This document shows, piece by piece, positions 42,586-52,668 of a stretch of 64,000 bases of DNA. The position numbers and the translations under genes were made by a program. Each line of letters begins with the position of its first letter. The first letter of the stretch is position 1. Origin of the DNA: a bacterium (GTDB lineage Bacteria; Hinthialibacterota; Hinthialibacteria; Hinthialibacterales; Hinthialibacteraceae); NCBI GenBank assembly GCA_963663405.2, contig CAXXSM010000149.1:128936-192935 (forward strand). Direction: 5' to 3'. The notes under the pieces were generated by a model. It was not told the DNA's origin, did not search any database, and saw nothing but the letters and a program-made list of their open reading frames with translations.

Positions 42586-43557
42586 GTGATGGAAGAACCG
42601 ATATTGAATCAGAATCCAAAAATGCCTTATCGCCTGCTGGGGAAAACCGGTCTGCGTGTATCCGCGATTGGATTGGGGGGCCATTGGAGAACGCCGGACG
42701 GGGGGCGTTATTGGGATACGTTTGAAGAGGAGCGCGTTCCCAGCGCGGAATTGAAAAATCGGGAGGCTGTTTTTTTGAAAGCAGTGGAGAGTGGAATTAA
42801 CTATTTGGATATCACCACTCCCGCCGAAGCGGTTGTGTATGGGAAGGTAATGAAAAACTTGGGGGAATCGATGTATGTTGGATACGCCGATTACCGTCTT
42901 GGATTCGGCGCGGAGGGGCGGCGTCATGCGGGGGCTGTTTTGGAAGAAATCGATGAAGGGCTGCGGCGTTTGAAAGTGGATTGTATTGATCTCCTGCGTG
43001 AAATTACTGTGTCCGCCGGATTTCTGAGTGATGATGAAATTGAATTAATTATTGAGGCGTTTCAGACGGCGCGGGATCAGGGGAAAGTCCGCTTTCTCGG
43101 CTTCTCTTCGCATCGGCGTGATTTTCTTTTTCATCTTTTGGAACACTATTCTGAAGCGGTTGACGCTGTTCTCTTCCCTTTTCCATTCGGGGCGCGAATG
43201 GATCTAAAGAAAAGTCTGTTCTCCCTAACGAAAAAGACTCATGTAGGCGCGATCTGCATTAAACCTTTTCATGGATGCAGTCTCTTTGAATCAACACTAA
43301 AACCGGAGCCGGTTCAACATCTTACACCGGACGCATTAGCCCGATTGGCGCTGCGTTCCGCGATGGACACACCGGAGATTAACTGTGTGTTGGTGGGAAT
43401 GAGCGATCTTGATGAATTAAAAAACGCGGTTCAATGCGTTCCGCGTTGTTCCCTCAATCCCCAGGAACGGGAGTGGATTGAATCGATCGGAATTCAGGAA
43501 TTTGAATCGATGCTGACCAAAGATACCGCTTGGTTGAAGGAATGGCGGCTGGTATAA
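42586..43557 (+). CDS. Aldo/keto reductase
   Basis: MPYRLLGKTGLRVSAIGLG, GINYLD, GKVRFLGFSSH, IKPF. Confidence 0.88.
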   Translation: MMEEPILNQNPKMPYRLLGKTGLRVSAIGLGGHWRTPDGGRYWDTFEEERVPSAELKNREAVFLKAVESGINYLDITTPAEAVVYGKVMKNLGESMYVGYADYRLGFGAEGRRHAGAVLEEIDEGLRRLKVDCIDLLREITVSAGFLSDDEIELIIEAFQTARDQGKVRFLGFSSHRRDFLFHLLEHYSEAVDAVLFPFPFGARMDLKKSLFSLTKKTHVGAICIKPFHGCSLFESTLKPEPVQHLTPDALARLALRSAMDTPEINCVLVGMSDLDELKNAVQCVPRCSLNPQEREWIESIGIQEFESMLTKDTAWLKEWRLV

Positions 43558-43652
43558 ACGCTGAAAAACCTTTACAATCTTTCCCATCTACTATTCTAAG
43601 AGACAATTTGATTTAACAGCACATGCCGTCTCGATTCATTGAGGTGAATCTC

Positions 43653-46293
43653 ATGAAAACAAATCGCTATTTTTATATTTATGCATTCGCCCTATTCGCT
43701 TTTAGCTCGAATCTACAGGCTGGGGAATTAATTCCTTTCTCTCTTCCCTGGGATGATGGGGATGAGAGTATAACGAATGTCAGTCATCTATTGGAGAAAC
43801 CCGCTGGGAAACATGGTTTTGTACAGATTGAGAATGGGCATTTTGTCGATGGGCTTGGAAGGCGGGTTCCGGATTCTTGGTGTGAACAATTCGTTCTCCG
43901 GCAATTATCCCACACACCAGCAGGCGGCGCTGGTCGCGGCTCGTATGGCTAAGTATGGAATCAACTGCGTCCGCTTTCATCACACCGATACGCGGCGGGC
44001 GCCTGATGGGATTTGGAAAGCCGATACGGAAGAGAAGCAGACCCTCGATCCAGATCAGCTGGACCGGATGGACTATTTTATCGCGAAACTAAAAGAGAAC
44101 GGGATCTACGCAAACATCAATCTCAAAATCGGCCGGGAGGCGGTTGAAGCGGACGGAATTCCTTTCGCAGACCAATTGCCAACCTATGATAAAGGCCCCG
44201 ATCATTATTACCCACGCTTGATAGAACTGCAGAAGAATTACGCGCGTGATTTGCTCACCCACCGCAATCCCTACACGGGGAATCGATATATCGAAGAACC
44301 GGCGATCGCGACAATTGAAATCAATAATGAGAGTGGACTTCTACATGAATGGTATCGAGGGAAAATCGATGATCTGCCTGAAATCTTTCAGATTCCGCTT
44401 AAGGCCGATTGGAACCGGTTTCTTCAGCAGAAATACAAAACCACCGAAGCTCTGAAAACCGCCTGGGCGCCGCCTTCCTATGAATATGGGGAAGAATTGC
44501 TGAAAGAACCGCTTCAGGGTTGGACCTTTCAACAGGTTGAGCAGGGTGAAGGGACAAGAGAGTACACGGGTGAAGGACCGAACGGCGAAGAGTCGATGAA
44601 GATTACGACCACGAGAACGGGGCAGGAAGGTTGGCACGTGCAGGCCTTCTATCCCAATCTAGAAGTTAAAAAAGGACTCTTTTATCGTGTCACGATGTGG
44701 CTGCGGGCCGATCGCGCGCGGGATATCAGCGTCGGCCTATCGATGAACCACGATCCTTGGAGCAGTCTCGATTCATCCGTCAGCGTTGATGTGACGACGA
44801 AATGGCAAAAGATCGAAGTGGCGTTTTCCCCCTCGGAGACGGAAAGCAATGGGCGGTTGAATCTTACGGATCTGGGCGATGAATTGGGAACGCTTTGGGT
44901 CGCCGGACCGTCAATGATCGTCAGCGCGCCACAAACGATTTCTGAAAACGAAAAACTGGAAGACGCCTCGATCGCGTTGATCCAGCGAAGCGAATTCGGC
45001 GCGTATACCTCCGCCGCCAAACGAGACATGATTGAATTCCTGGTGGAACGAGAGGCGGAATACTATCGAGATATGACCGGGTATCTTCACAATGAATTGA
45101 ACGCGAGATCACGCATCGCTGGGACACAGATGAATTATGGTGTTGTTCCATCACAGATGGAGAATGATTTTATTGACCACCACGCATATTGGCAGCATCC
45201 TGTTTTTCCAGGACGCTCGTGGGATTCCAATAACTGGTACGTGCGGAATCTGTCAATTGTGAACGAACTAAGCAATCCGTTGACCCGGTTGATGAATTCG
45301 CGGATTGAGGGGCGCGCTTACACAGTTTCTGAATACAATCATCCCGCGCCCAACACATACGCGTCCGAAGTGGTTCCCCTGGCCGCCGCGTACGCCGCGT
45401 TTCAGGATTGGGATGGGATTTATTTCTATTCCTACAGCCACTCGAACGATTATGCGAATAAATCCATTAACAATTATTTTGATATCTATGGTCACACACC
45501 AAAAATGCTGTCGATGCCCGCCGCCGCGAATATGCTGATACGAGGTGATGTCTCACCCGCGGAAGATCTGGTCATCGCGTCTGTCAGCCATGAGGCGTAT
45601 CTTAATTTTCTAACCGATCGAAATGGAAATACCAGCGGGATTACAACAGATGATTTCGGTATGAATGAGCGGACCCCTTATGTCCACCGGACCGCGATGC
45701 GTTATGGAGATGATCCCCAGCCGATAGAGGATTCCACCGCAGAGGTTTTCTCCCGCCGGTTGATTTCCGATACGGAAGAATTGGAATGGAACGCGCGGCG
45801 GACTGGACAATCTTACGTACTGATTCGTTCCGAAAAGACAAAGGGTTTTGTTGGATTTACTGCGCAGGATTCATTCGATCTTGGACATGAAGTTCAACTT
45901 CATATCGGCGAGACAATTCAGAATTGGGCGAATGTGCTTTTTACATTTATCCGGTCTGATGATACGGGCGATCATTGGCTGTTGACCGCTACGGGATATG
46001 CGGAAAATCAGGGTATGCAATGGACAAATGATGATAAAGAATCCGTTGGCAGGAATTGGGGAGACGGTCCGCCGTTGGTTGAAGCGGTTCCCCTGCGGCT
46101 CGAAATGCAAAACCAGGAGAACCGTCCCCGGATTTTCGCCTTGGATGAACGGGGCAAGCGGAAGGAAGAAATATCCCATGCGGCGCGGATTGAGAATGGG
46201 ACACTCATCATAAATCTTCTAGAATCTCAGCCATCGCTTTGGTATGAGATTGTATTTGAGAAGATGAATGTTTCTGGGGCGGAGAAATATTGA
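43653..46293 (+). pseudogene. Secreted clan GH-A (GH5-like) hydrolase with inserted CBM4/9-like domain, split by a 1-nt insertion near 43868
   Basis: N-terminal part ..GHFVDGLGRRV joins RILGVN..GINCVRFHH..INNE..SEYNH if one base of GTTCC (43866-43870) is removed. Confidence 0.7.
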
Positions 46294-46303
46294 ATTAGGT
46301 TTT

Positions 46304-46345
46304 TAGGTTGAAGGTAGAAGGCTGAAGGTTAAAGGCTGAAGATTA
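46304..46345 (+). repeat. Degenerate 7-bp tandem repeat (AAGGCTG-like)
   Basis: TAGGTTG AAGGTAG AAGGCTG AAGGTTA AAGGCTG AAGATTA; similar run at 51405-51440. Confidence 0.65.
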
Positions 46346-46415
46346 ATTCGTGGTTTGGGGCTCTTCGCTTCGCGTAGAATTCCAGTTAAAACGCTAAGGT
46401 TTGGCTCATTCTTAA

Positions 46416-47312
46416 TTATCGAAAATATTGCCAATGCGATGTGAATGACATGGTTCCATCCAAGGTAATAATGTATGGCCAGACCATTGGATTCATTTGA
46501 TCGTAAAGATTATTAGAAAAATGTAGTTCCTTTCCACTTTCCAGCAGAACGGTAAGCGTAAAAGGATAATAGGGCGCATGGGTCAATCCTTTGGTAAATC
46601 CAACTTCATGAAAATCCGCATCGATATCCTCACTTAAATTTTGTAATAAAAAGCCACGTGTATCACCCAGATACACACCATTCAATTCACTGACACGTAC
46701 GGAAACAACATTCTCACCTATATTAATCAGTTTCACAAAGAACGGTTTTCCATAATCGGTAGAATGCATTGTGGGTTCTGATTTTAGCGTTGTTTCAATT
46801 TGGTTTCCATTTGGATCGAAGGCTTGGAATGATTTCCATTTGATTTGCCAGGGATAATGCGTGTCACTCGGAAAACTTAACATCTGTTCGTTCGGAATGA
46901 ATGCAAGCAGTTGAATTTCATCGCTTGTCAAACCTGTGTTTGTTGATAATTCAAAAGTAATTGTTGAATCCGTGGTTTGAAAAGACGAATCCGTAATGAA
47001 AGAGGGAGACAAATTCTCAAAATTAAAATCGCTGGTTTGATAGGGATGTTCGAGTTCCGCATGTATTGCGCTTATATTTGAAAGATCTCCACGCATTGTA
47101 ATTGTTAGTTTGTAGTATTGGTATCGATCTTCAAATAAATCATCTTTTATACCTCCTCCATTGGCGATAACCACGATTGGATCGGACATCGCGCTTTGGG
47201 CAATGTAGAGACATACACCGAACAGCAGGAAATAGGCGAGTTGATTGGATTTCATCCTCTTCACTCCTCTTTGGTTTGCTATTAATTGTATGTAGTAGAA
47301 TGCCGAACTCAT
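46416..47312 (-). CDS. Hypothetical secreted protein (AT-rich; start probably 47255)
   Basis: Signal peptide after MKSNQ; C-terminal SFTSHWQYFR. Confidence 0.65.
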   Translation of the reverse strand: MSSAFYYIQLIANQRGVKRMKSNQLAYFLLFGVCLYIAQSAMSDPIVVIANGGGIKDDLFEDRYQYYKLTITMRGDLSNISAIHAELEHPYQTSDFNFENLSPSFITDSSFQTTDSTITFELSTNTGLTSDEIQLLAFIPNEQMLSFPSDTHYPWQIKWKSFQAFDPNGNQIETTLKSEPTMHSTDYGKPFFVKLINIGENVVSVRVSELNGVYLGDTRGFLLQNLSEDIDADFHEVGFTKGLTHAPYYPFTLTVLLESGKELHFSNNLYDQMNPMVWPYIITLDGTMSFTSHWQYFR

Positions 47313-47378
47313 TTTGCTGAAAACTTGACCGCTTTGTCTTGATAACTATATCGCTGGAGAAGAAAAATGTCAACAATT

Positions 47379-48737
47379 TTATATTTCATCCAAGCATACA
47401 TCCAAAATTTCTAATGCCTGGTCCATTTCATTTTTTGTAATCGTTAACGGTGGAGTGAGTGTCAGGATATTTCCCATTGTTAGTTTGAAACTCAATCCTT
47501 TGGAGAGCGCGCTGTACATTACTTGTTCAGCTTCATCATTCGCCCGTTCCATTGTTTCTTTGTTTTTTATGAGTTCCATTCCCATTAGCAGGCCCAATCC
47601 GCGTACGTTTCCGATTATGGGATGGCGGGATTTCATTTCATTCATGCGCTGCAACGCGTAGGCTCCCATTTCTTGAACATGTTTGAGGAGGCCTTCTTCT
47701 TCGATTGTTTCAATCACGGCGAGACCGGCGGCGCAGGCGGTGGGATTTTTTTCGTGGGTGTAATGTCCAAGAGCGCGGTCTTGCATGACGTTCAGTTCTT
47801 CTTTTGCGAGCAGCGCGGCGAGGGGAAACAAACCACCTCCAAGCCCCTTGCCAATTACGACCATATCCGGAATTACATCGTACTGTTGAAATGTGAACCA
47901 TTTTCCGGTCCGGCCCAGGCAGTGGGGGATTTCGTCGAAGATCAACAGCGCACCGTGTTTGTCGCAGGCTGCGCGGATGATTTCCCAGTAGCCTGGCGGG
48001 GGAATATAGGGTGTGCTGCGGACGGTTTCCGCGATGACGGCGGCTACGTCGCCTTCTTTTTCCAAGACGTATTCAACGTATTCAGCGCATTTCAGGTTGC
48101 ATTCTTCGCCGCAGCCGAAGGGGCAGTGACAGGGATCGGCGGGGGGGACGTGTTCGGTTCCTGGCAGGAGGGGGCCGATGTTGTTGCGGAAAATCGCTTC
48201 CCCGCCGATGGAGATGGCATCCAGGGAAGCGCCGTGGAATGAATCCCACATCGAGATGGTCTTAAAACGTCCTGTCGCTACACGCGCCAGTTTGAGCGCC
48301 ATTCCGATCGCGGTCGTCCCGCCGGGCGCAAAGAGTACGCGGTTTAAATTTCCAGGCGCGAGTTCTGTCAATTTCTTCGCGAGTTGAACGGCGGGGCGGT
48401 TGGTGTACCGGCGGGTGCAGAACGGGAGTTCATCCATCTGTTGTTTGACCGCTTCCATTACTCGTGGATGGTTGAATCCGACTTGGTGGACGTTGTTGCC
48501 GTGGAAATCCATATAGCGGTTTCCTTGGAGGTCTTCAATGTATATGCCATCGCATCGCTTGAGCGCGTTTAAGCAGGGGGTGGAGAGTGATTGATGGAGG
48601 AAGTATTTTGCGTCTTCATCGAGAAGCGCTTGTGTTTCCGCATCGATGTTCTCTTTCATCCATGCTTTGCGGCGTGGTGAGAGGTTTATGTCGCCTTCGG
48701 ATTTGTAGGCGTCGAGTTTATTTGATTCGGGCGCCAT
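47379..48737 (-). CDS. pbfA: Class III PLP enzyme, (R)-1-hydroxy-2-aminoethylphosphonate ammonia-lyase PbfA-like
   Basis: SEGDINL..FLHQSLSTPCL, MDFHGNNVHQ, WDSFHGASLDAIS, FDEIP, GKGLGGG, GHYTHEK. Confidence 0.75.
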   Translation of the reverse strand: MAPESNKLDAYKSEGDINLSPRRKAWMKENIDAETQALLDEDAKYFLHQSLSTPCLNALKRCDGIYIEDLQGNRYMDFHGNNVHQVGFNHPRVMEAVKQQMDELPFCTRRYTNRPAVQLAKKLTELAPGNLNRVLFAPGGTTAIGMALKLARVATGRFKTISMWDSFHGASLDAISIGGEAIFRNNIGPLLPGTEHVPPADPCHCPFGCGEECNLKCAEYVEYVLEKEGDVAAVIAETVRSTPYIPPPGYWEIIRAACDKHGALLIFDEIPHCLGRTGKWFTFQQYDVIPDMVVIGKGLGGGLFPLAALLAKEELNVMQDRALGHYTHEKNPTACAAGLAVIETIEEEGLLKHVQEMGAYALQRMNEMKSRHPIIGNVRGLGLLMGMELIKNKETMERANDEAEQVMYSALSKGLSFKLTMGNILTLTPPLTITKNEMDQALEILDVCLDEI

Positions 48738-48829
48738 GTGGTTGACTCCTTCTTGGATGATCCAAATCGTTTATTCTATACAGCGTCATAGTATGCTTGA
48801 AAATTGTGAATTGAACATGGATACGTGTT

Positions 48830-49543
48830 ATGAATTTGTATGAAATTACGGATTGTTTGATAGAAGAATTGAATCCGCTTCGATTTTCTCCGCCGGTTAC
48901 TCATGTTTATAATCCGTTGATCTATGCCCGGAAGTCCTACGATCGTTATTTGGAATTGTATGGCGGTTGTCCAAAGGAAGTTGTTCTAATAGGGATGAAT
49001 CCTGGTCCGTGGGGGATGGCGCAGATCGGCGTTCCGTTTGGAGCGATCCCTATTATACGTGATTGGCTTGGGATCAATGAACCGGTCGAGCGGCCGGATT
49101 GCGAACATCCTAAACGGCCGATTCAGGGATTTGATTGTCCACGCGTCGAGGTGAGTGGAGCGCGTTTATGGGGGTGGGCGCGGGATACTTTTCATACGCC
49201 TGAAACGTTCTTTCAGCGCTTTTTTATCGCGAACTATTGTCCTCTCTGTTTTATGGAAGAAAGTGGGAGGAACCATACGCCAAATAAATTGCCTGTGAAT
49301 GAACGAACGCCTTTGTTTGAAGTTTGTGACCGGGCGCTGCGCAGGACGATTGAATACTTACAACCAAAATATGCTATCGGTATCGGTCAATTTGCGGAGA
49401 CGCGGGCTCGAACTGCGTTGGAAGGGATGGATGTACAGATCGGGCGGATACTTCATCCCAGCCCGGCGAGTCCGATTGCGAATCGGGGGTGGGCGGAGGC
49501 GGCTATGGAGGGATTGAGGGGGATGGGGGTTGATATTCGTTGA
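48830..49543 (+). CDS. SMUG1-like uracil-DNA glycosylase (UDG family 3)
   Basis: YNPL.YA, GMNPGPWGMAQ.GVPFG, EVSG.RLW, NYCPL, HPSPASP. Confidence 0.92.
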   Translation: MNLYEITDCLIEELNPLRFSPPVTHVYNPLIYARKSYDRYLELYGGCPKEVVLIGMNPGPWGMAQIGVPFGAIPIIRDWLGINEPVERPDCEHPKRPIQGFDCPRVEVSGARLWGWARDTFHTPETFFQRFFIANYCPLCFMEESGRNHTPNKLPVNERTPLFEVCDRALRRTIEYLQPKYAIGIGQFAETRARTALEGMDVQIGRILHPSPASPIANRGWAEAAMEGLRGMGVDIR

Positions 49544-49584
49544 TTGAAGAATTATCAATCAATACGACTTCTGTATGTTGTTCG

Positions 49585-50038
49585 GAATTATGCAAGGGCA
49601 GATGAAAATAAAGGTTCCGGCGCAAGCGCCGATACTTGCCCTTGGCGTCCATCATCATGGCATGGAATTTAATGTTAATTCTCTCAAAGTTTTAACAATC
49701 TCATCATTTGTATATTCTAGTTTTTCCATTACTTTGAAAACGATTATTACTCTCTGGGGAATTGATAAATTATTTTCAAACCACAAAGGTGTATCAGGTA
49801 TTTCTATTGGTTTTCTCTTATCTGTTTTCTTTTTTGAAATATACTGATTATCAATCTGATATATATGTTTAATTGCATCTTCAAACTTATCTTTATTGTC
49901 CCTGTATATCTGGCTTAAGACTGACAAAATCCTTTTCCCTTGGTATCTATCCATTGCCTTCTCCTTCCTCATATGATTAATTAACACAATTTAGGTGGGT
50001 AGCAAGGACAAGATTTTTCATCTGCCCTTGCGTAATTC
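49585..50038. mobile_element. Putative REP-bracketed cassette: inverted family-A hairpins (49585-49650 +, 49997-50038 -) around an AT-rich ORF
   Basis: GAATTATGCAAGGGCAGATGAAAA at the left end; near reverse complement TTTTCATCTGCCCTTGCGTAATTC at the right end. Confidence 0.6.
49655..49987 (-). CDS. Hypothetical protein (start probably at MDRYQ, preceded by AGGAG)
   Basis: Very AT-rich ORF with RBS, fills the space between the inverted repeats. Confidence 0.55.
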   Translation of the reverse strand: MLINHMRKEKAMDRYQGKRILSVLSQIYRDNKDKFEDAIKHIYQIDNQYISKKKTDKRKPIEIPDTPLWFENNLSIPQRVIIVFKVMEKLEYTNDEIVKTLRELTLNSMP

Positions 50039-50118
50039 AAGAGCAAGAATTCGTCAACTCTAATCTGTAGATAAAGATATATGAATTTTGATTTTATTTC
50101 AATCTTGTTTCATACTAT

Positions 50119-51405
50119 ATGCAAGATTTAAATCATACAGTATATAAAATCAAGGAGAATGGTTTTATGAAAGAGTCATCGATTGAGAGAGAGTCGATTC
50201 AGCGCCGGTCTGTTTTGCGGGGGTTGTTTGGCGCGGCGGGATTGGGATTGGGTGTGAGCGCGGTTGATACGCAGGCGGCTTCAGTTTCCGCGAAGGATAA
50301 GTTGAAGATCACACGGCTTGAGACTTTTCTTGTTAAACCACGATGGATTTTTTTGAAAGTCCATACCAACGCGGGAATTGTGGGATTGGGTGAGCCGATT
50401 ACGGAAGGCCGGGCGAAGACTTGCGCTACCGCTATTGAAGAGATCGCGCCTTATTTAATTGGGAAAGATCCCCGGCGCGTGGTTCATCACTGGCAGGCGA
50501 TTTACCGTCATGCGTTTTATCGGGGAGGGCCTATTTTGACCAGCGCTCTTAGTGGGATCGATCAGGCTTTGTGGGATATTAAAGGGAAGGCTTTGGGTGT
50601 TCCTGTTTATGAACTTCTTGGCGGCCCTACGCGGGACCGGATTCGCGTCTATGCTCATGCGAGCACACCGCAATCGATCCGGAACCGGATGCAGGAAGGT
50701 TTCCGGACGTTTAAAACGGGTGTTCCGAAAAAGCGGCCGTTTCGTATTGTTGAGAATAAAGCGGCGATTGATTACGCCGCCGAACGATTTGCGGAACTGC
50801 GGGAAGCGGCGGGGCCGGAGGCGGATATCGGGATTGATTTTCACGGCGCGATCAGCCCTCAATCGGCGAAATTGTTGATTAAAGCGTTAGAGCCTTATCA
50901 ACCCATGTTTATCGAAGAGCCCGTGCAATGTCAGAATGTTGATGTGATGGCGGATATTGCGCGGGGCACGCATCTGCCCATCGCGACCGGGGAGCGCATT
51001 TTTACGAAGTGGGGATTCCGGGAGATTTTGGAGAAAGGCGCGGCGAGTATTCTGCAACCCGATCTCTGTCACGCGGGGGGGATTACGGAGACGCGGATCA
51101 TCGCGGGGATGGCCGAAGCTTATTACGCCGCGATCGCTCCGCACAATCCATTGGGGCCGATCTCTCTGGCGTCCGGACTGCAGCTGGCCGCCTCGATTCC
51201 CAATTTCTTGTGTCAAGAACAATCGTCGCTTGGGCATGGTTATTTGAAAAAACCGTTTGCAGTGAAGGATGGATATATTCCTCTGCCCACTGGCCCAGGT
51301 TTGGGGATCGAGTTGGATGAAGACGCGATTGCCGATAAGATCGATCACGATTGGCGCAATCCTGAAACCTACGACGCCGACGACGGCTCGGTCGTGGATT
51401 GGTAG
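50119..51405 (+). CDS. dgoD: Galactonate dehydratase-like enolase-superfamily enzyme with Tat-like leader (start probably 50168)
   Basis: LKITRLET..PRWIFLK, FYRGGPILTSALSGIDQALWDIKGK, IDFHG, FIEEP, GER, APHNPLGP; QRRSVL leader. Confidence 0.8.
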   Translation: MQDLNHTVYKIKENGFMKESSIERESIQRRSVLRGLFGAAGLGLGVSAVDTQAASVSAKDKLKITRLETFLVKPRWIFLKVHTNAGIVGLGEPITEGRAKTCATAIEEIAPYLIGKDPRRVVHHWQAIYRHAFYRGGPILTSALSGIDQALWDIKGKALGVPVYELLGGPTRDRIRVYAHASTPQSIRNRMQEGFRTFKTGVPKKRPFRIVENKAAIDYAAERFAELREAAGPEADIGIDFHGAISPQSAKLLIKALEPYQPMFIEEPVQCQNVDVMADIARGTHLPIATGERIFTKWGFREILEKGAASILQPDLCHAGGITETRIIAGMAEAYYAAIAPHNPLGPISLASGLQLAASIPNFLCQEQSSLGHGYLKKPFAVKDGYIPLPTGPGLGIELDEDAIADKIDHDWRNPETYDADDGSVVDW

Positions 51406-52057
51406 ATTAGGGGATTAGGTTGAAGACTGAAGGCTGAAGGGTTTTCTTTGGCCTTCGGCCTGCAGAATATTTTATAAAGATTCCGTTGAGAACAAAAAGA
51501 AATGCAATGGGTAGATACCATGCCGATGAGTCTATCTTCAACATGGTACCTGTGAATTTTTTTATTCGCCGGGCGCCCGGCTTTGATCTTTTGGATGTTG
51601 CGGCAAATGGTCTTGCTTAATGAAACTTGATGATTGTCTGTCGATTTTGTTTTTGCCGTTTCATCCTTTTAGGGTTTGTATCTTCGTTGTGTTGGCTGTT
51701 ACTTACTGACCTATGATCCAACAGGTTCCGTTTTTCAACGGTCCACCAAGGTGTCCGGCGCCTGCTCCACCAATCACCGGACATCTTTTATGCTGGACTG
51801 AATAGGACGATCCATGAAATGCAATGGATCGTGGCGTCTATTCCTGAAATGCCGCCGATTCGCCCTGAATCTATGTTTTCTCCTCAAAAAACGTTGGATT
51901 CAAGGCTCCTTTCACAGCGCTTCGTTTGATGATGGCCACGGCGCGCTCGCGGCCCCCTTATCTATTAGGAGAAAGGCCGCAGATTTGGGGTGTTAAGTGA
52001 TTAGAGGGAGGATTGGAAAGGTGGATTAGGGACTTGGGAATATAGAGTTAGGGGGAA

Positions 52058-52219
52058 GGATTTTTTGTTTATTTGGGTTTGATGGATTCATTCCAGGACA
52101 GAAGAACGCCTTGTCCTGGGTACCCGTGTATAATGAGGATTTTATGTTTAGTTGGGAAGTGAGTACATTTTGATGGATTCATGCCAGGACAGAAGAAAGC
52201 CTTGTCCTGGGTGCCCGTG
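52058..52219 (+). repeat. Two tandem family-A hairpins (52084-52125, 52175-52216)
   Basis: GATGGATTCATxCCAGGACAGAAGAAxGCCTTGTCCTGGGTxCCCGTG twice, 91 bp apart. Confidence 0.85.
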
Positions 52220-52252
52220 AGGAGATTTTTGTTTATCCAGAGGCCCAAGGTT

Positions 52253-52329
52253 CCCAGGGTTGAAACCCTGGGCTACTGTTTTTTGTCCCGGAGGGACATA
52301 TTTTAGTAGCCCAGACTTTTAAGTCTGGG
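52253..52329. repeat. Composite REP/BIME-like palindrome cluster
   Basis: CCCAGGGT-TGAA-ACCCTGGG; TGTCCC-GGA-GGGACA; CCCAGACTT-TT-AAGTCTGGG; GGGCTACT/AGTAGCCC. Confidence 0.75.
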
Positions 52330-52405
52330 TGAACTTGGATGCACAATCTTTCATGAAAAGGGATTCATTTTTTAATTTACGTAGTCATATACGGATGAAC
52401 TTTTT

Positions 52406-52449
52406 TTGTCTGAATCAGGATCGGCAGGATTTACAGGATGGATAGGATT
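52406..52449 (+). repeat. Left half of TTGTCTGAA element
   Basis: TTGTCTGAATCAGGAT followed by AGGAT at 9-bp period; no right end seen. Confidence 0.7.
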
Positions 52450-52626
52450 TTTATTTAGTCATTTTCCGGATATATTCTTATTGCTTATGGAAATATGAGG
52501 TTAGATCACTTTCTATTTTTATTCCGTTTCAGATGGACGGCTTACGTTTCTGATTGCAGTTTGCTTGGTAACTTTACCGGATTGTCATCGTAAATTTTGC
52601 ATTGATGCATTCTATCCAATTGAATT

Positions 52627-52641
52627 TGGCATAGAATATGC
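52627..52641 (+). promoter_or_regulatory. Sigma54 (-24/-12)-like promoter upstream of the response regulator
   Basis: TGGCATAGAATATGC: GG-N10-GC. Confidence 0.55.
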
Positions 52642-52668
52642 TTTTGCTATGTGTTAGATTGAATTGGC

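Noticed and set aside
52058-52219. Tandem ~48-bp repeats as a CRISPR array
   Set aside because: Only two units, the spacer flanks are themselves similar, the same hairpin is dispersed across the window, and there are no cas genes.
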